Shown here piece after piece: positions 30,901 through 40,794 of a stretch of DNA of 64,000 bases. The DNA lies in the NCBI GenBank assembly GCA_002633005.1, contig NMRA01000087.1, positions 883,990-947,989 of the forward strand, given 5' to 3'. The translations under genes were made by a program, and so were the position numbers. Below the pieces are notes generated by a model. The model saw only the letters and a list, made by a program, of their open reading frames with translations, was not told the DNA's origin and did no database searches. Within the stretch, counting starts at the first letter, position 1; each line of letters begins with the position of its first letter. This DNA comes from Phoronis australis. Lineage: Eukaryota > Animalia > Phoronida.

Positions 30901-33900
30901 CGTAATAAGCGCCCATGTTCGGTTAACCGCCCACCCTGGATTTCTTGAAATTTCACATTTAAGCGCCCCTGTCTGGTTAACCACCCACCCCTGATTTTTT
31001 GGGTTTGCCAATTTAACCGCCCAGGGCGTTAACCCGAACGTTTATGGTACATATATTTGAGAAAAAAAGAGTTAATTTGACAAATATGATTGACATAAAA
31101 AATACTTGAATTCCTCCTACAAAGAATCGAATCAAATTCCTAAAAATGTGTACTATCCTCCCACCCTAGCGCACTACCCATTTACTGTCAGTCCATTGCA
31201 TTCTGGGTCTGTAATTCTAATCTGAAGGTCCATTCTTCTCATCTGAAGGTCTGTCCTCGTCTGAAGATCCCTCCAAGATCCCTCCATCCATCCCATTTCC
31301 TTCCCATCCTTCCCATTTTAGCTCCCATCTGCAGTATCAACTTTATAGTGGATGAGGAAGCCCGAGACATTTGATCCTTCATAGTTTAGTTTTACCTTGT
31401 AAACATTAGATACTGATTGGCAGTATACTTTGTAACAAAATAATAACAAAGCTCAAATTTTCAATCATCAAAAGGTTTTCACAAAATGTGACTTGCTAAT
31501 AACAACAGGCACCCAACCAATTATTGTTGCACTCCTCAATTATCAGATAATCTCCTTCAAAAACAATTTTAAAATATGAAAATCAAGATAATTTCACAGC
31601 AAACGGAAGGCCCATAGACATCACAACCTGCATGCAATCTCCTCTTACCTGATACACACAATAACATTAGGAAATGTCAATTTATCACAGCCCAAAGATT
31701 ACCTAAAAGTCCATCAGTTGGAATACCAAGCACTGTATCAAAGTACAAAGACTCTTCAAATAATACCAGATTGTTTTCCATTCACAAACATCTGACATAA
31801 CTAGGTGGCCTGCTTAAGCAAAATCAATGCTGACAATGTCGTTGCAACATGTGCTTTCTACAACACTACTTTCCTGGCAAGCTAATCAAATGTGCTGAGT
31901 AAATTTTGAAAATTCTCAACATCAATTCCAGTCAGTTGAATCATAGTGAAAGTTTCATAAGAAGCAAGACACCCACGCTGAGAGACCGTAACAACTACCG
32001 GCAGCCAATTTCGCAAAGTTTTAATTCAATGTAGATTTCTTAAAAAAATGTTTTCATAATTTGTCGTGTTCAAATATTCAGGTACCTCCTGCAAAAATGT
32101 GAAGTTATGGTTTACTGAAAAGCCACATTGAAGTTGTTTTGAAAAACAATTCATATTGTTGTATATGATGTTAGTTTTATGTTTTAAGGGCTTTAGTTAT
32201 ATTTTACAGCTTACTTATTTTCTTATGTCAGCGTAAGTAAACGTTTCTGGATTCTGCATACCTCAAATACTTTCAGCGTTGAGGGTTCTACAGAAAAGTT
32301 ACACAGTTAATTTTTTATGCCCATCATGTTTCTATGAAGTTAGAAAAAATTGGGGGAAACCCAACATCCTTTTGAGCTGTTTTAGCTCAAACAGATTCTT
32401 GTATAAGAAAGTGTCATTTGACCTCTTCAAAAGTGTGCCATTTTTAAGATAACAATTACCTCGCTGCATTTCAGTAGATGGCGATAAATGTTGAGTTGAT
32501 GTGAATATTCTAAGGCAAGAAATATCTTCTTTCAGAAATTAAAAATTGCCTTCTGAACTACAACTGATGTCTACAATAGAGATTGACTATTGATTGGAAT
32601 GATGCGATTTTGAAATTTGATGTTATGTGGTATTATTAAATGCTAAAATAACAAAAACTCAACACCAAATCAACATTTTTCAAACTAAACAAACTGCTAT
32701 TTAAAAAAATCATATTCATATGTTTTGTAACTTTCTCAATGTACATATTAAACAACGGCGGGTTTTTGGCGCACTGTTTCGCACTCCTTAAATCAAGCTA
32801 TGGAAGACAATATTATAATCAAAAAGTACTGCATGACTGGGAGGAAATAAAATAGTGAGAGGAAATACAATATGTGATCAACAGATTGATAACTCCTCAT
32901 TAGATGCTGCTAATGATGAACTGATTACATAAGGAAATAGCAATAACATGTCAAATGGAGTCTTGATTTACAGACAATGTTCCAGGTCAGAAGATAATGC
33001 TAAAATTAACTTAAATATGAAAAATTAATCACACTTTGGAGCTGATGCAAATCGAAGGAAGATTGCACGGTCTAATACTAAAAACGACCAACCTTGGCAA
33101 AGTCTTACTAATGAAGGTTGATGGATCAATTTCAGAACTTTTTCACCCAAAATGCCGATTAACGAAACCACAACAATGGCACAATGTTGTGGATGCCATA
33201 GATGAATTTGTTTTAACTTCTGTTTTCAGAAAATATATACTTTCATGGGTTGACAGTCATTAGTTAATTAGATATTTTAGGATAAATATAGCATAGCAAT
33301 TAGGGGTACATGAAACCTTTAAAAGCAATAACAAGATTTTTTGACGTTGTGACAAATGTCAAGGCTGAAAATCCACCGTTCAAATTCAGTACCCACGACG
33401 ACCAACTTCATACACGCTCTAAACAAACTCCAAGCGTACCTGGTGACAACTCCAGACCAGAACCATGGGCCCTGGTATCTTCACTAGGATGGAGTTTATT
33501 CATTGCAAGTGTGGAGCTAAGGGTGTGGAATTTAAACTGTGACTTCCGTATTCGCTGGTCCAGGAACAAGTTTGGGATCAAACATAGAATTTAGAAATGT
33601 AGCCATGGAATCCTTCCACTCCCCCCATGGTAAAATAAATATTTTGCGGTCATTTTAACAATTTAATTGCCGGCTTTTGTTCACAAAAGTCTTCTAGGTA
33701 ATTCCCAGACATCCATGAATGGGTTCAGTAGGCCTGCTCAGAGAATCGCACTCGGAAATTGGACTGTGCTTGTAACATTGCTGACACTATTGAGATGCCA
33801 ACTCAGTATGTTTTTCTTTTAAGTCTTCCATTGAATTCTGCCCTATTTTGGTTGATCATTCATTGTGTGTTTATCCATGTTACCTTTGAACAACTTCGAT

Positions 33901-36900
33901 AAGGAAAACACGCAATGTAAGCTCGTGCTCGTAAAGAAGGTGTGTAGAAAGCAAGTCTTTCCATCCAAGTACGAGCGGTTGTACCTTCGTTTTGATGCAC
34001 ACTAATTTGAAAGTCACTTATCTCCAAATGGATTGTAACAGTGGCAACAATGCATGGAGCTCGTGAGATTTACACATGCACAACACTGTCACAAGCTAAA
34101 ACTGACAAATAGCCTGTGTTAACAGGAGAGTTGTCACCAGCAGACAATAAAAAATAGCTGCTTGAATGTTTGACAAAAATGGTATCCTGTAATGTAATAA
34201 ACTTGTGATTTCAAGCATTTGGCTAAACATAAAATTGCCTAACTTACTTTTGAAGGACACTGCTTCAAACTATCAGACATCAGTCATGACAGTTCAAAAC
34301 AATGGAAATTTAATAACAGGAATGTTGAAAATAACAGACCAGTGGGTATGGATAATGAATATGATAATCAGGTAATTCTCGACATTTAAACCTGTGTTCA
34401 CCTGCATATATTAGGAAAAAGCACATGATTATCTTAAAGATAATGTTCCAAGGTTAAAAATGCATGTGAATCTGAAACATTGTAGTTATTTAAAATTATT
34501 CTGATGATAAAACTCGGGATTAGATAAAAAGTTTAACTAAGCTCCCAACTGGAACTATTGAGCTCAAGGGATCAGAAACACCAGCCGTGTACAATGTCAT
34601 CGTGATCCAGAGATCCACAAGTATCTGCTGCTACCATACTGAATTCAAGATAATACATTTGAAAAGGAACACACAACCCAGAAACACATACCAATTTAAG
34701 GCCCAGAAAGAACAAGCTATCCACAACCGTACGAGATTATTAATGTACAGGCTTCTATTCACCTGCCAATACAGTAAAACCTGCACATTACACATGTGAC
34801 TTTTAACACCAGTCAGTAAACCTGGCATCCAGTTATTTAAAAAATCAACTATCCGCCTGTGACGTGGAGCAACATTCAAACGACGTTTGTACTTGCTATG
34901 AATATTACTAGTACGCAAAGACAATGACTGGCTTTAAAGAAGAAATGCAACACAAGGAGAAAAAAAACACTGTAATCAATCAAACGGATACACGCACTAC
35001 TATGAGATATTCAAATCAAACTATAATCCATTGAAACACAGGTGTGCAGCAATTAATAAACTAGTTCAGCACAGGTAGTAAACGGAAGGCTTAAGCACGC
35101 TGGTGTTACCAAAGTGCAACTGACACTAAACATTAAAACAACCAAATTCACTGCTTAGCCTGGTATGGAATGTTGAAACACAAAAAAATAATGAAATTTG
35201 TTCGAAATATTTTTCAGACGCTCTCTGCATTTATAAAATGCTTATAATTTCACAAATCAAACCAATACTGAAATTAACTTTTCATCTATATTTTTGTTAA
35301 GAAATTTGAAAAAATAATAAATTTCACCATTCCATCAAATTGTGTTCGAATTTGAAGAAGTTTTACTAGAATGCAAAAAGCTCTGGAAAAGAGTTTATTT
35401 GAATGTAAGCTCACAGTGACATACATGTGCAGTGAAGGGGGTACCAAATGTTTAAACTGAGTTATGTTCTCAAATTCAGCCTGGTCTTCTCCACTAAAGG
35501 TGATAAAGTAAATAATTGAGGCAGATTTCTGTCACATCAGCATTGGTTTCCAATAAAACCACTTGGGACAAAACAGCACATTTATCTATAACCCAAGTAT
35601 TATGGATGTACTTAGATAGGACCCCGTATACGAAGCGCACGAGTCTGCAAAGTCAACACTAGTTGAACCTAGGACAGTACTCTGTCTAATGCCAGTTATC
35701 TTGCCAGTTGGCAAGTTGAGATCACACCAAGTCTGTGTGAGATATTGTCATGTGTTACAAGGGAAGCATGTAATCTCCTCCACGTTCCAATCTTGACTCC
35801 TTGTTCAGGATTGAGTGAGCACCTTTAGTCATTCAAAGCGTTGCAAGATTTCAACATAGCGGTGGAGATGAATGCTGAGGTATTGAACACCTGGACTTCA
35901 AGCACAAGTGGTTAAAACATTCAAGTGTTTTTACAACACTCAAGCATTGCTGCACAAATTCCCTTACAGCATCAGCCCCAGTAAATAAGACAGTCCTTCT
36001 AGCATTTTCTGGTTCTGTTCTTAACTGTACATTCCTGGACATATACTTGCAGTATTCAGACAGTCACAATGGACACTTAGCCCATGAACACACTTACGCA
36101 GCTTGATGCTTTCCGACCTCATATTATAACGACAGTAAAAAGAGAATTCTTTGCTCTCACTCTCACTTCGGGGTGTTTACCAGCTCATGTTCAACACAAG
36201 TACATTCACAACAATTTTCGTTTCAAAAAGCTCTACCATTTCTGAGATACTTAACAATTTACTCAAGTCACACTTACCTGAGTGTAAAGTAACTAAATAT
36301 CACTCCAAAGATGAACACCCATACTACAAGTATCACTTGTAGATAGCTGTAAAAGAAACAGACAAAGTATTGACAAGTGTGACATACAACTTTGAGAAGT
36401 GGTTCCTTACAGCTGGTGGACACCACTTATCAAGATTTGACGTAAATCTTCCTTAAACAGCATTGCACATCAGTTGTGGGTAAAATTTTCCAAAAACAAG
36501 AAATGTTCTAGAAAATAATTTTTAATTAAAGACCCACTCAGTGCTATTTAGGTCAAGACAAAGTTCAAACTAGACTAAATCAAATGCTGGGAAATCTTGT
36601 GGTTGAAGAAGTCTACGACCTCTATGCTGTCCACCCTGTAACATGGTGGCCAGGGCCCTAGATGCCTTGATTTTGGGGCCAAGTGTCAGGTCCATTCTCC
36701 TATGAAATACACTTAAAACTCGCAAAAAAATCCCCTTATCAGGCCCAAAAATTCCGCTCCAATGATTATCTAAAATGGTTAGAATCGTTTCTGCATGGTG
36801 CTAGTTTTGGCTAGATGGGGCTTTGTCAATGAGAAATGGTGGCTCAGGGTGGATTTAATGGTGATGGAGGGAGGGATTTTCTCCTATATCAAAAAATTCC

Positions 36901-39900
36901 CCTTGCAGATGGCGCAAGCACCTTTCCCATCAGATGAGTGAGGACACTGGTGGCATATGAAGCTTTGGGTAATAATCACTTACTAAGGTTCAACATTTTG
37001 AGAACCAGTTTTCTCCACTGAATAAGACATCACACTGATTCTCGAAATCCAGAAAACCTTGTATTGCCCAGCTCTGTGTAACTTTAGCCAGATGCATCAA
37101 TTAGGCTCGGATTTGCTACTTTCTTTTGTGACTTCCTAGTTTATTTAATAAGCACATCCATCTCCATATTGGTTAATTAACAATCAGACAGGGATTTGCA
37201 TGTCACAATTAAAAAACTGACTATCTGCCAGAACAAGTAACGGTATTCACCAGTCATTTGATATTCACAAAAACGGGACCAATTCTACAGAGGTAGAATT
37301 TTGCAACATATAGTTATTATAAGATCTCAAGAGAGAACAAGCTAAAATCCAAATTAAAATTAAATTAAAATACTCTGATTAAGAGTCTCAGCAGACAAAA
37401 CTCAGCGAACACCGGATTACAGATATTATTCGAGCGAAGGAGTGAGAGTCCACATTACCATTATTGCACTCAAATGACCTTGGCCAGCTCGGGACAGATG
37501 ATCGACATAACAGACCAATAGGGAAAAACCCCATGCCAATTAATCTAGCTGGAAGGATCCCGTGAACAACCACTCCATTCTCCAAGTACATCGATAGTAG
37601 ATAATTATAATAGTAGATAATTATACACAAGCGTCTACATGGAGAGTCCACACCACAGACGCGCCTTAATAAACCACCAGTAGAATTATCAATAACTGAC
37701 TGAACAATCGAGATGCCAAGGGCACTCACTGTTTACTGTTACCATCCTAAAAAAAGTAATATACAAGAATCATTTAGCTATATCTAATACTACACATATA
37801 GATATCTTCCTAGCAACGTATTTAGTTTTTTTTTTGAAAATTCTCATAAATGATGTGATGTCTCCATGGCCATGCAAGTTATCATTGCTACAAATGTTCA
37901 AAAAGTTGCATAATCGGGGTGAAGTCACCTCTGACGAATGCAAATCTTCACCTAGTAGTCTAGGTCAGCATCACCTGGTGTTCTCAAAACAAATAGAACC
38001 TCCGTGTTTTGATCCATTCTCACTGCCAATTGTAGCAAACAGTTCAGTGACAAAGTCAATTAAAACCGATTCAGAATTTAGCCTCAAATCAAAAGCGGTT
38101 CCGATAAATCATTTTATAAAAACTTTCCACCACTAAAGTTTACCCCCATTTACAATTTAATTTAATTCAAGAAGTTATAAAGACAAAATACAATACTTGA
38201 AACCACACACAAAATACATTTCTTAGATATAGTAGTAAAAGACTGTTTTTATACAAACGTACAACAGCAGAATTCAAGAACCGATAATGATCCAAACAAA
38301 AATTAAGAAAAAACATTATGTGCCACAGAGTTTCTCACACTCAGCAATTCGTTATTAATTTCACATTCACATTTCATTTAGTTACCATCCTGTGTTATTT
38401 AACTGACATCACAATACCTATACTTGACAGATAAATCTGACTGACATTTTGCTTTAGCTGTTAAGGAAATGTCACAGCATTTTATAAAGGCTTTTTGTTT
38501 CAACGCAACAAAAAGGATACTTCATGATCTCACAATTACTTTTCTGCCTTTGCTTATACGGTGCTCAGCACCTTGCGCACTGAAATTTATTATGACCGTA
38601 ATCTTGACTGTTGGCGCCCAGGGCACTAAAATTTGAAAATTCACTAATTACGGAGTAGGCCTGAAGCTGAGAATGAACAATTAAAAACAATCTTTTTGAA
38701 ATGTGGCGATGAGTATTTACCTGTCCATTGGCTCACAAAAGCCATCAACATGTTTGCATGGAGGTACAATACTATTATAATATATGCATGAGCTACAAGA
38801 ACCATTTCATATTTAATTCATTAAAAAGTAGATGCTTTCTTAGATTGTGATTCATGTAAAGTTGATTTCTTTAATGTCAAATGCAATACGTTGACTTCAT
38901 GATGGGGAAAACATACAGTTCTATCGATTGACAGGTGTTTTTAGACAATACATAACAGTACTGTGACAAAGTTGTATCTTCATGGGAATTTAGACCTACT
39001 TTTTATACATTTGACCTAAACCTGATTAAACACCCAGCACAGAAAATATTCAAATACGTAAAAGAATATTCTTCCTTTTTCAAGAAGGCTGAATCATTAT
39101 TTGAATACACTCGTCCTGAAATGGCACCACTCCACTCACATACTAGGACATTTACCCACAATGCAACACATGTGTCGGGCACTTGTCCTGCTTCTTCGCA
39201 TACAAAACTACTAAAATACTATTGGATATATCCCAACCAATATCCAAACTTTCTAAAGACAAGCCCAGGACGCACATTAAGAAATTTGAATTATATGAAG
39301 TGATGAATATATATGCTCTAAGTGTATCAGTACTGTAGTCGACATGTAACTGAAAAGTCCTAGAACATTTTCTTCACCAAAAGAGTAAATGTCCACAATA
39401 CTGTCGATCTATGATTGTCCCCACAGGCAGGAGTGAATTGTTAGCAGGGCTCCATCATGACCTCAGATTTTGTTAGGCAACATGGCAAAAATACCAAGTT
39501 ATTACAATTGTCCAAGCACACCCTCAAAATCTTACAGAAAGTAAACAATGTGGAAGTCAAAATTGCCTGGCAAAAACTGGAAGGGCCCATTGGACGCATG
39601 CAGTTGTACCAGGTAAGAGGTGAACCCAGGTCAGATAACAGGCCTCGGGGGAAACTGGTCATCACTAATCTATTCTAAATTTCCATACAAGCAAATATAA
39701 GTACCGCACCAGCATTTTTTGGGTACTTCAGAGAACATTCCCCAAGTGGCAATCTAGAAATCTCGTTTTTTCATTTCTCACTGCTACCAATAATGCACCG
39801 TTTGTGAAGGTTAGAACTTTTGCACCCTCCCACCCACATGGGATTTCCTTGTTTTGGCAAGCTCATTTCCTATTAAGCAGCCTGGGAATTTTTTCCAGGG

Positions 39901-40566
39901 ACCATTTGGCGAGTTGATGATATACTAAGCATTGAGCACTGCTATAGTTATGATATTGATGGTCATTTTACTATGAAACTAGTTGATGTAACGGTTCTGA
40001 AAATGTTGTCAGCCACCTTGTGAGCATACGCATTAGTTGGCACCTCATGAAAGTTTTTTGTCACTACGCTTTGGCGGTCGACCATATTGGATAGCAGTTG
40101 TATACCTTTCTCTTTATTATAGTATATCGTTGAGGGCTTAAAGGTGCCTGTGCTCAAACTGTCTGTGCTGTGAACCTTGAAATTATCAAGCCAAGCTCAA
40201 TCCGACAGCAGTCACTATTATCTACGGCAACATGAAAAACAAGCATTGCATTTTAAGGTTTCTGGAACCAAAGCAAAAATAGTTTAAGTTTTGTACTGTT
40301 TCCCGTTCCATATACCCTGATTACGTCAGTAGATTCCATCACAGGATTTGATTTGAATCTGATTAATTTTGCACCAGCCATCAGGTGTCCAAACAGTTTG
40401 CTTATTTTCATCCCTCAAAGAGCAAATACAAAGAAGAATCTGCCACAGGCACAACCAATAAGAATGCTAAAACATACCTATATAATAAAACAGTTAGCAC
40501 CAACAGCAAGCCAGCTGCTGAGGAAAATTTTCTATGTTGCTTCAGCAACCTTCCCACTTCCGACAT
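940..40566 (-). CDS. SNX14: Sorting nexin-14 (TM hairpin-PXA-RGS-PX-PXC), spliced, 3'-partial (last exons lie below position 1)
   Basis: 26 exons, all with AG/GT boundaries and continuous phase (2483 nt, about 828 codons): 40566-40478, 36346-36278, 22285-22234, 20540-20476, 19670-19592, 19001-18958, 18564-18392, 17717-17561, 16985-16910, 16434-16309, 15931-15808, 15338-15183, 14680-14623, 14129-14063, 13055-12997, 10728-10690 (39 nt, less certain), 7961-7882, 6863-6811, 6645-6474, 6204-6180, 5905-5856, 5461-5361, 4676-4574, 3386-3232, 2168-2054, 1135-940. The peptides match remembered SNX14 motifs: MSEVGRLLKQ...YLQVILVVWVFIFGV (TM), [46 protein letters not shown] (PXA), IADPDIVNKLFLIFLDESPP, FMQFMKKEGAVHILQFYLAVEE (RGS), WRISIP...RKYGDFYLLDQKLREFHG...QLPPKK (PX), KLVKERGQHLDPFL, EEHRIEGMIHLLRD (PXC). 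Confidence 0.95.
1399..1627. mobile_element. PIF/Harbinger(Tourist)-like MITE
   Basis: Perfect 20-bp TIR GGGTCTGTTTTATGAAAAGT / ACTTTTCATAAAACAGACCC. Related copies at 51641-51903 and about 12767-12975. Confidence 0.7.
2296..2657. mobile_element. Degenerate MITE
   Basis: Inverted ends CCAGTGCGCGATTGCATGAAACAGTCCCAAA / TTTGGGGCTATATCATGCAACCGGGCACTAGG, plus AACTAAGTTCC / GGAACTTAGTT. Confidence 0.55.
4239..4380. mobile_element. Small (about 140 bp) inverted-repeat MITE
   Basis: TACACACCTGTTGGTCACCTCACGTGACCTAT / ATAGGTCATGTGATGTGACTAATATATGGGGTGTA. Confidence 0.5.
5040..5170. repeat. Degenerate (GAT/TGA)n microsatellite in an SNX14 intron
   Basis: Repeated GATGAT/GGTGAT/GATGAA triplets. This explains the spurious His/Ser-rich ORF 5038-5319. 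Confidence 0.6.
8799..9029. repeat. About 230-bp interspersed MITE-like family, at least 4 copies in the window
   Basis: Core ACACAATATGGCCGACAAGTGAAAT (reverse orientation here). Other copies at about 4066-4215, 20940-21192 and 60955-61195. Ends TACAGTAAAATCTC / GAGATCAGTTTACCATA. Confidence 0.6.
10917..12352. mobile_element. Helentron-associated (HINE/pearl-like) non-autonomous element with internal tandem core repeats
   Basis: Starts AACTAGAG with subterminal ATGTGCCC (10942). Ends with a degenerate ACAG/ACGG tract, then an ATGTACCC...GAGCACAT stem and an A-run (12318-12352). The interior has repeated modules (CCAAATTT(C/T)ATGAAAAT, GGCCACTAGGTGGCAC, ATCTGTTGCC). Confidence 0.6.
15903..15990. 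repeat. 42-bp tandem duplication spanning the SNX14 exon-11 splice acceptor
   Basis: CTGTGATGTCGACATGGAAACACTACAGACAAAATAGAA occurs at 15910-15948 and 15952-15990 (period 42). One mismatch at the junction (15909 T vs 15951 G). Confidence 0.95.
21296..22172. mobile_element. Kolobok-like TTAA element with THAP-domain remnant
   Basis: Starts TTAAAGAGGCATTTCACACCATTTAGCTGGCTAAAAACC, with a degenerate inverted end at about 22135-22172. Internal ORF 21825 MGRQCACDGCDNS...LFTF...WW resembles a THAP N-terminus. Shares GAAAATGCTT and GGCCAACCC blocks with 46737-47028 and 56705-56982. Confidence 0.6.
25506..27900. mobile_element. Non-autonomous TA-target DNA transposon, about 2.4 kb, with subterminal tandem motif array
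   Basis: TIRs CTCTCGAGTTCCGAATAG ... CTATTCAGAACTTGAGAG flanked by TA/TA. The right subterminal region (about 27420-27890) is an array of CTATACTATTATT-like motifs. Confidence 0.8.
28624..31047. mobile_element. Non-autonomous Tc1/mariner(pogo)-type DNA transposon, about 2.4 kb
   Basis: TIRs CCGTAAACGTTCGGGTTAATGCCC ... GGGCGTTAACCCGAACGTTTATGG, flanked by TA on both sides (28622-23, 31048-49). Multiple subterminal TTAA(C/G)CGCCC repeats at both ends. No transposase ORF seen. Confidence 0.85.
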
Positions 40567-40794
40567 TTTGCATGTTTATTAGGCGCTCGCAGCGACATCT
40601 GGTTGTCGGCTATTATTCCTTTAACTTTTACATAAAACCTAAAAACGTTTTAAAAAAATCTTGTTTTATGTTTATAAAAATTAAAATAAATAAAATAATT
40701 AAATTTACTGTTCTTAAAGCAAGATTTTAGACATAAATTGAAAGTTTTATTGGAGCTTGTAGCTCTTCTTTGGAGAAGGTATTATTCTGTTGAA
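40567..40794. promoter_or_regulatory. Putative bidirectional promoter shared by SNX14 and PMM
   Basis: Only 228 bp separate the divergent ATGs, with a very AT-rich core at about 40620-40750. A YY1-like AAATGGCGGC overlaps the PMM start and an ETS-like CGGAAGT lies just inside the SNX14 start. TSS positions are not known. Confidence 0.75.

Noticed and set aside
33440-33600. Minus-strand CLIPNLFL... peptide resembling SNX14 exon 3 (possible mutually exclusive exon)
   Set aside because: There is no in-frame AG acceptor and a stop lies directly upstream. The donor is weak (GTACGC) and the similarity is only a few residues.
36090-36150. ATG plus strong GTAAGT donor suggesting a nested gene's first exon
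   Set aside because: No downstream exon giving a credible protein could be chained.
37388-37729. 113-aa minus-strand ORF in SNX14 intron 1, considered as a TMEM186 candidate
   Set aside because: It has a non-ATG start and no resemblance to TMEM186 that I can recognise. The flanks look like repeat fragments.
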